Shown: positions 42,535 through 55,148, counted from the stretch's first letter. The stretch: 64,000 bases of DNA from Planktothrix sp. GU0601_MAG3 (GCA_035193785.1 CP136572.1:640001-704000); one strand, 5' to 3'. The notes: generated by a model from the letters alone, not told the origin. Numbers and translations: made by a program.

Positions 42535-45500
42535 TTAACGACTAACAATCCCTAAAATTCGTTCCATTGCATATTTCCATTCCGGGGATTGACTTAAGGT
42601 AGAAGCATCCAAAGGATAGTTTTTATAATTGGATAAGCGCACAAAATCATTCACCCATTCTAACACGGATTCCGTAACAAATTCAAAGGGTGAGTATTTT
42701 AAGGATTGTTCAAGAAAGTCAACCATTTCAGAGAGATTTCCTTGGGTATAATGATACCAAGCATTCCAAAGTAATGAGGCATATTTGAGACGATCATTAA
42801 GCTGTTTTACTTGAGTTTTAGTTAAGGGTAAATTGATCAAGGCATCTTCTTCGGGGGAAGTTAAAGCAGTTTCTATGATTTCTAGGGTTTGTTTTAACAT
42901 CCGGTCTTCTTTAAATAGTTTTTCCGCCCGTTGTTTAGATGCCACACCCATTTTAGATAATAACAGAGGATTAACGGCTAATTCTTGCAGGGTTTGAACA
43001 AGTTCATTAACTGTTTTTTCGGGATCAATATTAGGATCACTTAATAGTTTTCCCGTATCTCCTAAGCCTTCGGGAATGCCCCCCGCAGCCGAGGCAATAA
43101 TGGGTAATCCTTTTGCCATGGCTTCCATAATTGCAAAGGAGGGAGCGGCTTCTGCTAAGGAGGTTAATATAAATATATCACAGGCATCTAACCAGTCGGG
43201 AATATCCCACCTTTGTCCTAAGAATATTACGCGATCGCTAACTCCTAATTCCTGCACTTTTTGTTTTAATTCTGATTCTAAATCATGATCACTTCCCTGT
43301 CCAGTTCCTGCCCAAACAAAGTATAATTTTTCCCAGATAGAAGTATGTTTTAATTTGGCGATCGCTTCTAACTGAAACCGATGTCCTTTAATTGGTGCTA
43401 ATCTAGCCGTTGTTAAGCACATAATTCCATCTTTAGGAATACCAATTTCTTGCCGCAACCGTTGACGAGTGGCTAAGTTGGGCGGGGCAAAATATTTTTC
43501 TGATCGCCCATAATATACTACATTTCCTTTATCTTTAGGTAAGCCAAATTGGTCTTGTAAAATCTGAATATGTTCGTAAGCTGCGGTATTAAAAGTACGC
43601 GAAGAACCATATTGATATAATACTCCTTTGGCGTAGGGAATACCATCTCCCATGGTAAAATTAATATGTTCGGGTATGGCTAATCCCAGGGCAATCATAT
43701 AGGGAATATGGCGTTGAATTGCTACTTGTTTAGCGGCAAAATGGGAGTAGGGCCATCCATCACTAAAAATAATAAAATCGGGCTTAATTTCATCATAAAG
43801 GGCTTCTGCATCTTGGGTATTTCTCAGAATTCGCGGTAAGTCTTTGCTGGTACTATAATCTAACCAATATTGCTTAATTTTTAAGTCTTTTTCCTCCTCA
43901 ACCAAGGGGTTATCATGTTGAGGTCTAACGGCTGTTACTTGATAGCCTAATTTGGCTAATTCACATAAAATTAAATGATCATATTGTGCTAAACCTCCAA
44001 TACCAGGATCATCGGTATTCATTAACAAAATATGCGGTTTATTCGGGGAGGATGTTAAAGTTGGTTTAGATTGAGTGCTAAGTTTTGGATTCATAATTTT
44101 ATGGATAACAGTTTGCCATTCCTGAGATTGAATTAAATCATAGGTATCTATTTTTTCCCCATAGTCTGATGCAATATTTTGAAAGGCATCAAGCCATTGA
44201 GAAATCGTTTCTGTCAGAGGGGAAAAAGCATATTCTATGGATTTCTCTAAACAATTTATCATTAAATCTGGATAACCGTCTCGATACATTCGCCAAGCTA
44301 ACCATACCCAGCGCTCATAACTTTCTTTTCGACGTAATTGACTAATTCTGTCAGGAAGAGCGGGATGATCAAAAAATTGATCCATAATAATTTCAGTATT
44401 TTTAATAACCTTTAATCCCCCCGACATTAAGTTATTATCATGTTGACGGTAACAAGCATGAATTTCTTTTAACCAAACAGTTTTACATCCCATTAGGGAT
44501 AAACGTAAAACAAAATCTAGGTCTTCGGTGGGGGGATAGCGATGATCAAATCCTCTGACTTTTTCCCACCATTCTCGACGTAAAATCATAGCACTAGGAC
44601 GCACACATTTATGTAAAACCCAAGTTTCTAAATTCAATTCTGGTGCGTTTTCCCAAGGCGTAATGACACTAACTCCGATCCCTTTTTGATTAACAACACA
44701 CCAGCCACTTTGGATTAAGTCAATACTAGAATCAGCATCAAAAGCAGCGACTTGTTCGGCTAATTTTTGGGGTAAGAAAAAGTCATCCCCATCTAAAAAA
44801 GCTAAAAATTCTCCTTGAGCAATTTCACAGCCATAATTTCTGGCTTTAGAGGCTCCTTGATTGTCTTGATAGATATATTTGATTACAGGAAAAAAAGGTT
44901 TTAGAATTTGTTGAGTTTGATCTTTGGAGCCATCATCAATAACAATAACTTCATAATAGATATAGGTTTGTTCGAGAACACTTTTTACACATTGTTCAAT
45001 ATATTGATCACAATTATAAGCAGGAATAATCACACTCACTCTAGGTTTATTCTGGGGAATATTTTCCGTGATTAATCGTTTCCATTCGGGTAAATTATAG
45101 AATTTTTCTAAATCAAGTTCATAACCATAACCCTGACAATAACCCATAAATCGATGTACCCAATCAGAAATAGTAATCGCTACAGTATAAGGAGTATAGA
45201 GTAAAGATTTTTGGAGAAATTCAGCCATTGCTTGGGGATAATTGGTATGATATAAATGCCAAGCTATCCAAGTTACAGCTTCATATCTAGCGGGTTTTTC
45301 CAGTTGTCGTATTTCATCGGATAGATTAGGATTACTGAAAAAATAATCGTGAAGTGATATAATTAAATAGGCTCTTTCCTTAGCTTTTTGATAGGAAACG
45401 GTTTGCTCATGTTGTCGATAATTTACGGTAATTTCAGGGAGCCAAATAGCTGCATATCCTTGTAATGCTAAACGCCAAATAAAGTCAACATCATCGACTC

Positions 45501-46047
45501 CATTAAAGCGAGAATCAAATCCCCCCACTTGCTGCCAAGATTCTCGCCTAAACATTAAAGAGCTAGGTAAAATTGGAGTTCTTTTTACCCAAGTTTCTAA
45601 GGTTAAATCGGGTAAATCATGCCAAGGTTCAATATCAGAAATTATGTTATTATTTTGATCAATTAAACGCCAGCCACTATTGACAATAGCCATACTTGGA
45701 TCAGCAACAAAACAGGCGACTTGATGGGCTAATTTTTCCGGTAAAAACACATCATCTTGATCCAGTAAAGCAATAAATTCTCCTCTAGCTTCCTGAATTC
45801 CGCGATTTCTCGCGGCTGCAACTCCCTGATTAGATTGAACAATATAACGAATTATAGAGGAGTTCCGGTGTATCTCTAAATAGTGTTGTATAATGTTGGG
45901 TGTATTGTCCGTTGAGCCATCATCAACGATAACAATTTCGTAGTTGGAGTAGGTTTGACATAAAACACTATCAATAGCTTGGCTAAGGTAGCGATCGCCA
46001 TTATAAACCGGAATAATAACACTAACTATGGGAAATGAACTCAACAT
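42535..46047 (-). CDS. Trifunctional GT2-GT2-GT4 glycosyltransferase (1170 aa)
   Basis: Two VSVIIP.YN...DDGS.D...LD.DD domains, then GGLAQY...KGH...IMEAMA. Confidence 0.88.
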   Translation of the reverse strand: MLSSFPIVSVIIPVYNGDRYLSQAIDSVLCQTYSNYEIVIVDDGSTDNTPNIIQHYLEIHRNSSIIRYIVQSNQGVAAARNRGIQEARGEFIALLDQDDVFLPEKLAHQVACFVADPSMAIVNSGWRLIDQNNNIISDIEPWHDLPDLTLETWVKRTPILPSSLMFRRESWQQVGGFDSRFNGVDDVDFIWRLALQGYAAIWLPEITVNYRQHEQTVSYQKAKERAYLIISLHDYFFSNPNLSDEIRQLEKPARYEAVTWIAWHLYHTNYPQAMAEFLQKSLLYTPYTVAITISDWVHRFMGYCQGYGYELDLEKFYNLPEWKRLITENIPQNKPRVSVIIPAYNCDQYIEQCVKSVLEQTYIYYEVIVIDDGSKDQTQQILKPFFPVIKYIYQDNQGASKARNYGCEIAQGEFLAFLDGDDFFLPQKLAEQVAAFDADSSIDLIQSGWCVVNQKGIGVSVITPWENAPELNLETWVLHKCVRPSAMILRREWWEKVRGFDHRYPPTEDLDFVLRLSLMGCKTVWLKEIHACYRQHDNNLMSGGLKVIKNTEIIMDQFFDHPALPDRISQLRRKESYERWVWLAWRMYRDGYPDLMINCLEKSIEYAFSPLTETISQWLDAFQNIASDYGEKIDTYDLIQSQEWQTVIHKIMNPKLSTQSKPTLTSSPNKPHILLMNTDDPGIGGLAQYDHLILCELAKLGYQVTAVRPQHDNPLVEEEKDLKIKQYWLDYSTSKDLPRILRNTQDAEALYDEIKPDFIIFSDGWPYSHFAAKQVAIQRHIPYMIALGLAIPEHINFTMGDGIPYAKGVLYQYGSSRTFNTAAYEHIQILQDQFGLPKDKGNVVYYGRSEKYFAPPNLATRQRLRQEIGIPKDGIMCLTTARLAPIKGHRFQLEAIAKLKHTSIWEKLYFVWAGTGQGSDHDLESELKQKVQELGVSDRVIFLGQRWDIPDWLDACDIFILTSLAEAAPSFAIMEAMAKGLPIIASAAGGIPEGLGDTGKLLSDPNIDPEKTVNELVQTLQELAVNPLLLSKMGVASKQRAEKLFKEDRMLKQTLEIIETALTSPEEDALINLPLTKTQVKQLNDRLKYASLLWNAWYHYTQGNLSEMVDFLEQSLKYSPFEFVTESVLEWVNDFVRLSNYKNYPLDASTLSQSPEWKYAMERILGIVSR

Positions 46048-46222
46048 AAAAATACAGTTTTAGCTAATCAACCTGTTATTATAAGTCTTATTGGCTTACA
46101 TGATCATTAGTTTCAGAAAAGCGAATTGAGGAGCAATGAAAAAACAGAATCTATCGGGAGAATATAATAATTTTGGAAAACCACCTAAATCCGTGATGTT
46201 ACCCAATTTAGGTGGAAAAAAT

Positions 46223-46414
46223 ATGCAGACCCTGAAACCCGTTAAATGGACTCCGGTTAAACTGATTTTATCTTTGATTTTTGTATTTGGGCCCTACGGT
46301 AGTCTGTTATATGTAGCTAGTGGGATTTCTCAAGTTTTATTGATTTATTTGCTGGCAATTCCTGCTATTGCTGGTTTAGTGTTTTATCTGGTGTACAAAT
46401 TGACTAAAGATTGA
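46223..46414 (+). CDS. Small two-TM membrane protein
   Basis: Two hydrophobic segments in 63 aa; start codon uncertain. Confidence 0.5.
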   Translation: MQTLKPVKWTPVKLILSLIFVFGPYGSLLYVASGISQVLLIYLLAIPAIAGLVFYLVYKLTKD

Positions 46415-46504
46415 AAATTAGCGGGATAAATGTTAATGGGTTTTGCTTATAATTTATTACATAAAAATCCCATGGCAGCTTCCAGATTAATTTTATAATT
46501 AATT

Positions 46505-49022
46505 ATGACCCAATCAGAGATTATTAAAAAAGCCGAAATTTATATTAAACAAGGTCAATTAGATGAAGCAATTAATATTTGTAAAATTGCCTTGAAAAAC
46601 GATGCGGATTTGGGCGACGCTTATCGATTAATGGGAATCGTAATGCAGTTAAAAGGTAACTACCAACAAGCTGAAAATTATTATAAACAAGTTTTAGTAT
46701 TACAACCTAATCAATCAGAAATATATGCCAATCTGGGTATGATTTATGCTCAGAAGCGACAATGGAAATCCGCTACAGATTATTATCAAATGGCAATAAA
46801 AATTAATCCTAATAATACAAGATTTTATAGGGATTTAGCCAATATTTTTAATACAAATAATCAAACGGAAACTCGCTAACGAATGTCAATATCAAATTTT
46901 AATTAGAGAGCCCGATAAAATCAAACCGGAAGCTCAGTTTAATTTAGGAAATAAATTTTTGGATCATGGCAAAATTGATCAAGCAATTGTTTGCTATCGT
47001 TACGCCATTGAATTTAATCCTAACTTTTATCATCCTTACTGTCAATTAGGGTTGGCTTTAAGTAAAAAAGAGCATTTTGCAGAAGCGATTTTAGCCTATC
47101 AAAAAGCCATTGAATTAAATCCTGATTTTAGCTGGTCATATCAAGGTTTAGGGGAAAATTTCAGTCAGCTACAACGCTGGGAAGAAGCGATTTTAGCCTA
47201 TCAAAAAGCCATTGAATTAAATCCTGGTTTTAGCTGGTCATATCAAGGTTTGGGAGAAAATTTCAGTCAGCTACAACGCTGGGAAGAAGCGATTTTAGCC
47301 TATCAAAAGGCGATAGAATTAAATCCTGATTTTAGCTGGTCTTATTATGGTTTAGGGGAGGCTTACCAGGCGGTTAAACAGGAAAAAAAAGCAGCTTCTA
47401 ATTATCGTCGCTTTATTGCTATTAATCCTAATATTGCAGTAGCTTATTTTAATTTAGGCACAGTTTTAAAAGAATTGAATCAATGGGAAGAAGCCCACAT
47501 TAATTTTAGTAATTGTCTAAACATTGATCCTGATTATCCAGACTTAAATTTTAACTTAGTAGAAGTGCATTGTAATTTAGGAAATTGGGAGGAAGCTATT
47601 AAAATTTATCACGATGGCTTAGAAGAAAATTTAAACTTAGAAATAGTCTATCAAAAATTAGGAACTTATTTACAACAACAAGGAAATATTGAGCAAGCCA
47701 TCGCTTGTTATCAAAATTATATTAAAATCAACCCTGATTCTAACTTCTATCTATTGATTACAGATATTTTAATTAACCAACAAAGATGGGAAGAAGCAAT
47801 TTCTTATTTATTGCAATGGTTAAAACAACACTCGGACGATTTTGATAGTTATGTTAAATTGGGTTTAATTTTAGAAAAAATGGGGCGAAAGTTAGATGGA
47901 GATGGATGTAAATATTTGCAAATTATCCCCCTTGACATACTTGAAAAATACTTAAATTTATCCCCTAATTTACTAATAAATATTCAAGATTATTCCTCGG
48001 CTCAAAAAATACCAATTTATCCCGAAAGTTTGGTGATTTTTAATCCTCCAAACGGCATATTAGGAGAAGCTAATTTTAGATTATTTCCTAACTCTATGCC
48101 ATCCTCAGAAGCGTTTGTTGCAGTCATTCCTAATGGACGAGTATGGGGAGATGCTTTGACATCTGCTGTCATCACTTCAGAGCACCAGTTAATTAAGGAT
48201 TTATCAACGGGTTGTAGTGAGTTAGTAATTAGTCGTGAGCAATTACAAGATCCTTTAGAATTATCAGGAAATGTAGCTTTTTTATCAGCGCAATTCGGAT
48301 TAATTTATTACCATTGGATGTTTGATATTATAGCCCGTTTGCATTTATTAGAAAAAGCCGATTTTGATTTCAATAAAATTGACTGGTTTGTCGTTAACCG
48401 TCACCAATATCCCTATGAAAAAGAGATGCTAAAGCTGTTGAATATTCCTGAACATAAAGTCATTGATAACTGCATTTATCCCCATGTCAAAGGGTCAGTA
48501 TTATTAGTGCCATCTTCCGTTCATTGGAGTCATTTAAACTCTTCAAAATGGGGAGTAAATTTTCTTAGAAATAAGTTCCTTTCCGCTAGTATTAATTCTA
48601 ATAATTATCCTCAGCGAATTTATATAAGTCGCCAAAATGCTAACTGTCGAAAGGTCATCAATGAGTCGGAATTTTTACCCTTTTTAGAAACCTTGGGTTT
48701 TCAAACGGTTTGTTTAGAACATTTACCTTTTCAAGAACAAGTTGGTTATTTTGCTCATGCAGAAATTATTATTGCACCCCATGGGTCAGGATTAACTAAT
48801 TTAATCTTTTGTCGTCCTAATACCAAGATAATTGAATTTTTATTTCCTGAATGGGAGACTTCTTATTATTGGCAACTTTGCAATATAGTTAGCTGTGAAT
48901 ATTACTGTTGTGTCGGTGAACCTGTGGATGAGGTCGAATTAAATTCTATTCCTATTTTTGACAATATAAAAATTAAGTCTTATACTATTATTGAACTTTT
49001 GAAAATGGCAAAGGTTATTTAG
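46505..49022 (+). CDS. TPR plus GT61 (DUF563) glycosyltransferase (~838 aa); insertion at 46868-46872
   Basis: Many TPRs, YYHWMFD, RIYISR...R.VINE, IIAPHGSGLTN. Confidence 0.85.
47080..47345. repeat. Intragenic 102-bp (one TPR) near-exact tandem repeat, ~2.6 copies
   Basis: GAAGCGATTTTAGCCTATCAAAA at ~47082, 47184, 47286. Confidence 0.9.
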
Positions 49023-49027
49023 TAATT

Positions 49028-50959
49028 ATGAGTTATTTTAACGATAATCATACTCCAAATAATTTACAAATAGCAGAATCCTATTTAACTTCTGCGAATC
49101 AATGTTTAGAACAGGGAAACCCGGAACTAGCCTTATCTTTCTATGGCAAAGCCATTGAATTAAATCCTGATAATGACCAGATTTATTATAAATTAGGTCA
49201 AACTTTCATGCAGTTAGAACGTTATGAAGATGCCACAAATGCCTATTCTAAATCTATTCAAATTAATCCTAATTTTCCTTGGTCTTACAATAGCTTAGGA
49301 GAGGTATTAATTAAATTAGAACGCTGGGAAGAAGCGATTACAGCCTACACTCAATTTATTGAATTTAATCCTGATTTTTGTTGGGCTTATTTTGGTATAG
49401 GGGAGTCTTTATTTTACTTAAACCAGACAGAAAAATCCATTAATTATTATAAAAAAGCAATTGAACTTGAACCTACAAATTGCTGGATTTATATTAAATT
49501 AGGGGATGCTTTTTTGAAATCACAGCAACAAGAAAATGCGATTAAATCTTATTCTAAAGCAATCCAGATTAATCCAAATATAGATTGGTTTTATGGGAAG
49601 TTAGCAGAAGTTTTTTTATCTCAAAATCAGTTAGAAAATGCCATTCAAGTCTACCAAAATGCTATAAATATAAATCCACAAAGCTGGCATTATATAGAGA
49701 TTGGAAAAATTTTAATTCAACAAAAACTATGGGATATTGCTTTAGATTATTTAATTAAAGGATTACAAATAAAGCCGGATTATAATCAAGCCTATGATTA
49801 TATTTCTACCATTTTTAAACAAAAAAATCAACTATTAGATGCCATTCTTTGTGAGGTTCATCATCAATTACCAATTCCTTTAATTCAAAAAATATTTAAT
49901 TTATCCGATGATCATTTTATTAATACTCATACAGAAAAAAATCTCACCAAAATTCCGGTTTATCCGCCTAGCAATATCGAACTTACTCCCCCAAAATTTA
50001 TCGAAGGAAGTCTCAACCCTCACTTTCAATTAACCTCAATTAATTTCCCGGAAACCTTTGTTTCTAGTATCCCCCAAGGTAAAGTTTGGGCGGATACATT
50101 AACCAGTGCTGTTCTCAATTCAGAGAATCAATTAATTACGGATTTATCCACCGGAAGTGCAGCTTTATTAGTTAATTCTCCCCATTTTATTGAGCCACAG
50201 AATATAGGTGGAACAGTGGCATTTTTATCGGTCAAATGGGGGGAAAACTATTATCACTGGATGTTTGATATTATTGCTAGATTTGGTTTATTATTACGGC
50301 ATTTTTTAATTGAAGAAATTGATTATTTTGTAGTAAATCGCTACCAATTAAACTATGAATATGAAACATTGCAACTATTAAATATTCCCCCAGAAAAAAT
50401 TATTGAAAGTTGCAAAAATCCAGCTTTAAAAGCAGATAAAATTTTAATTCCTTCCTATTCTTATATAACTTCCAGAACACCTAAATGGGCTTGTGATTTC
50501 TTAAAAAGTTTATGTCTAAATTCTCAAGACAACCCAGGATTATTTCCTTTAGAAAGAGTTTATTTAAGTCGCAGTAACGCATCCTATCGTCAGGTATCTA
50601 ATGAAGCAGAAGTCATCTTATTTTTACAGCAATTTGGGTTTACAGCTTTGAGTTTAGAAACTTTATCAGTTAGACAACAAGCCTATTATATGGCTCATAC
50701 CAAAGTCATTATTTCCCCCCATGGAGCCGCGTTAACTAATTTGGTTTTTTGTTCCCCAGGAACTCAGGTGATTGAGTTTTTAATGCTAAATTGGACGCTA
50801 TCTTGTTATTGGGAATTAAGTAATATTGTGGGTTGTGATTATTACTGCTTATTTTGTGAATCGGCTAATCCCAATTGCTCCCCTACGGATGGGTCTCAAA
50901 ATATTAAGGTCAATTTGGATTCTCTTTTAAAATTAATGCAATGGGCTGGAGTTGTTTAG
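49028..50959 (+). CDS. TPR plus GT61 (DUF563) glycosyltransferase
   Basis: TPRs, NYYHWMFD, RVYLSR, IISPHGAALTN. Confidence 0.87.
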   Translation: MSYFNDNHTPNNLQIAESYLTSANQCLEQGNPELALSFYGKAIELNPDNDQIYYKLGQTFMQLERYEDATNAYSKSIQINPNFPWSYNSLGEVLIKLERWEEAITAYTQFIEFNPDFCWAYFGIGESLFYLNQTEKSINYYKKAIELEPTNCWIYIKLGDAFLKSQQQENAIKSYSKAIQINPNIDWFYGKLAEVFLSQNQLENAIQVYQNAININPQSWHYIEIGKILIQQKLWDIALDYLIKGLQIKPDYNQAYDYISTIFKQKNQLLDAILCEVHHQLPIPLIQKIFNLSDDHFINTHTEKNLTKIPVYPPSNIELTPPKFIEGSLNPHFQLTSINFPETFVSSIPQGKVWADTLTSAVLNSENQLITDLSTGSAALLVNSPHFIEPQNIGGTVAFLSVKWGENYYHWMFDIIARFGLLLRHFLIEEIDYFVVNRYQLNYEYETLQLLNIPPEKIIESCKNPALKADKILIPSYSYITSRTPKWACDFLKSLCLNSQDNPGLFPLERVYLSRSNASYRQVSNEAEVILFLQQFGFTALSLETLSVRQQAYYMAHTKVIISPHGAALTNLVFCSPGTQVIEFLMLNWTLSCYWELSNIVGCDYYCLFCESANPNCSPTDGSQNIKVNLDSLLKLMQWAGVV

Positions 50960-51046
50960 GGATGGGGTTCAATTTTCCTGCTTTTGGGAGATTTGACTAA
51001 TAACCAATTAAAATAATCTGAAATAGGGTTAAAACCGTAAAAAATT

Positions 51047-51524
51047 ATGATTAAATCTTGGATGGTCATTGGAGGAGTGGCATTTTTAGTCGCCCTAGCC
51101 AATAATATTCTATTAACTTCTGATGATATCCGATGGTTTAATCGTTTAACCCGTCCCCGTTGGTTAACCTTTGAAAGAGCAATTCCTTTAATTTGGATAA
51201 TCGTTTTTATCGCCGGGGCTTGGTCAGCAATTTTAGTCTGGGAAGCCGAAACCCGGAATATCCCAAACCTGGGTATTAATGGGATTTTACCTATTAGTAG
51301 AATTAGTGATTTTGTCCTATACCCCGGTCATGTGTAAAGCCAAAAGTTTACAGGTCGGAACAATATTAGGAGGGACAGGTTTTATTTTAGGTTTGATGTT
51401 AATGGTGAGCGTTTGGCCAGTGTCTCAAACCGCAGCCTATTTACTCCTCCCGTTTGTCCTCTGGAGTCCCATTGGAACCTACACCACCTGGGCCATGATC
51501 CCCCTAAATCCCCTAGATACTTAA
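51047..51524 (+). CDS. tspO: TspO/MBR family tryptophan-rich sensory membrane protein; insertion at 51248-51252
   Basis: WFNRL.RP.WLTFE..IP.IW, LLLPFVLW; ~158 aa, highly hydrophobic. Confidence 0.8.
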
Positions 51525-51569
51525 AAAATCATCAGCCACCCAATTGCTGCAATTACGGGTGGCTGATGA
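51523..51569 (-). terminator. Strong hairpin between convergent tspO and infB (likely terminator)
   Basis: TCATCAGCCACCC...GGGTGGCTGATGA 13-bp stem with an adjacent A-run. Confidence 0.7.
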
Positions 51570-51617
51570 GAAATAGGGGTTAACATTCCCCCATTATTGG
51601 GTGCGCTTTTGCTCCGT

Positions 51618-54600
51618 TCAAGACAGAGACAAAGTACGACGTTTAGTGGTCATCCGATAGGCTTCGATGATATCGCCCATCGCCCAGTCGTTGAAGTTAT
51701 CCAAGGCAATACCGCACTCGTAACCGGCGTTAACTTCCTTAGCATCCTCTTTCATCCGTTTCAGGGAGTCGAGGCCACCTTCGTGAATCACCTCATTTTT
51801 CCGGCGGACTCGGATTTTACAGTTCCGAATCACTTTACCCGAGAGCACATAACAACCAGCAATTGTATTGCGTCCGACGGGGAAGATAGCCCGGACTTCC
51901 ACTTGACCCAGATGTTCCTCCACCAGTTCCGGCTCTAATAAGCCTTCCATGGCAGCTTGGACGTCATCTAAGAGGTTGTAAATGATGTTGTAGTCTCGGA
52001 TATCAACTCCCGCGCGATCGGCCGCTTGGCGAGCGCCATGGGCTAAGGTGGTGTTGAATCCAAGTAAGACCGCATTACTGGCCGCGGCTAAGTCAATATC
52101 CGTTTCCGTAATTTCACCCGGGGCGGCTAACAGCAGTTGCAGTTCGACTTCTTTTTGAGGCAGTTTCTTCAGGGCTCCAACGATCGCTTCCACAGACCCT
52201 TGAACATCTCCCTTCAGGATCAAGTTCAGTTCTTTCAACTCACCCTGTTGAGCACGCGCTGAGAATTCACTCAGACTGATCCGACCCTTGATTAAACGGG
52301 TTTCCCGTTTCGTTTCTGCCCGTTTAGTGGCCAAGGCCGAGGCTTCTTTTTCATTTTCAAAGACCTCAAACTCATCACCAGCGGCGGGGACATCCCGCAG
52401 ACCTAAGACCTCAACGGCAAAGGAAGGACTGGCGTTCTCCACCCGATCGCCTCGGTCATCCACCATCGCCCGGACTTTACCCAGGACGGAAACCCGCCAC
52501 CACGATATCTCCCACCCGCAGAGTACCATTTTGTACCAACAGGGTAGCCACCGGGCCCCGGGACTTGTCGAGGTGAGCTTCAATAATTGTGCCTTTCGCT
52601 GCTCGGTCGGGGTTGGCATAGAGATCTTCCACCTCCGCCACCAATAGAATCATTTCTAGGAGGGTATCGAGGTTTTCTCCCCTAATCGCACTCACCGGAA
52701 CCATAATCGTGTCACCGCCCCATTCCTCGGGAACCAGGGCAAATTCCGTTAGCTCCTGTTTCACCCGATCGGGTTGGGCACCTTCCTTATCAATTTTGTT
52801 GATAGCAATGATCATCGGGACTCCCGCAGCCTTGGCGTGACTGATGGCCTCAATGGTTTGGGGTTGGACACCATCATCGGCGGCCACCACCAGAATTGCC
52901 ACGTCCGTAACTCGGGCACCCCGGGCACGCATGGCGGTAAAGGCTTCGTGACCCGGAGTATCCAGGAAGACCACCTGCTGGGTTTTACCCTCATGTTCCA
53001 TATCGACATGATAGGCCCCGATGTGTTGGGTGATGCCTCCAGCCTCTCCCTGAGCCACTTTGGTTTCGCGGATCGCATCCAGGAGGGTAGTTTTCCCGTG
53101 ATCGACGTGACCCATGATCGTAACCACCGGGGGACGCCGTTGCAGATGCTCCAGATCCTCGGCGTTGAGCATATTATCGGGCTTGATAGCACCGGATTTT
53201 AGTTTTTCGTTTTCAACTTCAACGTCGAGATCTTGACAAATTAACAGAATTGTGTTGTAGTCGAGGGTTTCAGTAATATTAACTGCAATTCCCTGGGAAA
53301 ACAGGCGTTTGATAATTTCCGTTTCCGGCAAGATTAAGGCGGAAGCCAGTTCCTGAACAGTCATCGGCCCAGGTACGATCACTTTCTCCGGGCGTTCTGC
53401 CTTGGGTTTGGCCTCTGTCCGGCGCGTATTGCCGCCGCCGCCAGAACCAGAACCCCGACTGGGGGCGGGTTTTTTCGGTCTAGCCGTTGTCGCCGCCACA
53501 CCCTGTCCCGGGCTGGCTTTCGGTTTGGGGGGACGGGCTAGGGAGACGCTGATCATGGCGTTGTTGGCATTTAGCAGAGACAACGCATTCAGTTCATCGT
53601 CGTCGTCCTCGTCTAAGGAGGGTTTGGCCCGTCGTTTGGCCTTGAGTTTGGCTGCCTTGGTTTTAGCGGTATCTACAACTTCTTCTTCTTCCTCCTCCCA
53701 TGCTGGCCCTCGTTTTCCAGTGCGGGGGGGATTGGGCCGGGTCAGGGTAACTGCCCGTTTTGGCCGTTTGATCAAATCATCGGTGGTGGCTAAGGGTTCC
53801 TCCTCCGCGCCTTCGGTCGATTCTCCATCCTCATCAATCGCTTGAGCCGCTGGCTTACGCGATGGAGGTGGCTGCAAATCAGAAACTGGGCGAGGTCTGG
53901 GACTGCCAATTTCTTTGCGAGGCGGTCTTCGGCCTTCTGAATCTTTTTCTTTCCCTTCCGGGGCAGGTTGTTGAGATTTAGGAGTCGGTTTTTCAGGAGA
54001 GTCCGGTTTAGACTTTGACTCAACGGGTTTAGGCGTCGGTTTACTTGTCTTTAAAACGGGCTTATTTTTAGAAATGGGCGCTGGCTCCGTGCTCACACTG
54101 ACACTCACGGGAACTGGCTCTGCTGGTCTAACGGGTGGGGGAGACAGAGGTGCGGGTTCCGATAGGGATGAATCAATCTGTTCAGATGTTTCTATTTCCC
54201 CGACAGAAGACCCCATGGTCATCTCCTTGGTTTCTGGGGCAACCTTCTCGGCCGTTATCGGGGAAGATTCCGTTTCCGCTTGAGCCGGAGTAGTTGCTTT
54301 TGATAATACAGGTCGATTTAACGTGGGTTTCACAGGCGCTTTTGAAGAAACAAGTGATTTTGGTGGGGTAGCAACGGAAGCTGATCCGGAGGAACTCGCC
54401 TCATCGTAGGGGGGGGAGGAATCGAAGCTCGGCCGAATTTTGGGCTTCTGGATCTCTAAAATTTCTTGCCTTTTTTTGTCGCTAGGTGCCGTCGCCGACA
54501 ATTTCCCATTGGGTTGCGATCCCGGTGCTTTTGCTTCAAGCTGACCCGGGTTTCGGATGAGTGGCGACGTATTTTTCAATGCGTTCTTTATCTGATTCTG

Positions 54601-54721
54601 AAATCGTGCTACTGTGGCTTTTAACCGAAATATTGAGCCGTTCGCACACCGCTAAGATGTCCTTGTTATCCAAATTAAGTTCCCGTGATAGTTCGTAAAT
54701 TCTGACTTTGGCGTTGTTCAT
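51618..54721 (-). CDS. infB: Translation initiation factor IF-2 (~1033 aa); insertions at 54550-54554 and 52489-52493
   Basis: [11 protein letters not shown]...KSHSST N-domain, [35 protein letters not shown]. Confidence 0.96.
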
Positions 54722-55148
54722 CCACTGACCCCTCTTCTTACCTACCCATGGTTTGATGTTTACATAGTTCGATTTACTCTTACAACAGTAACCCGCACGT
54801 TTTAAATAACGATATCATCTGCCCTGGTTATTTAAGTGTCAAGGATGCAGATGTAAGGTCTGCTTTGACAGTTCTTAATTTTATTTTAATTTTTGGTGAA
54901 ATTAAATTCCTCAAATCTTCAGTCTTGTCCTTATCAAGTTAGCAGATATTAACCGGATGGTGAAGAATAATCAATTAAGTTACTCAGTCTACTTCATTTT
55001 GCTTCAACTTAGACCTCCTCGTCCTCTATCTGGGGAGTAGGGTTGCTAACCGAATTAAAATATATAATTGATAAACTCTAAACCTTCGGCTACCTGGCAA
55101 TTGTTCCCACCCCTCCCTCGTTCCTAGGACATGGGGATCAATTTCAGG

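Noticed and set aside
54722..55148. Long ylxR-infB spacer as an ncRNA or small gene
   Set aside because: No ORF, repeat or structure I could support
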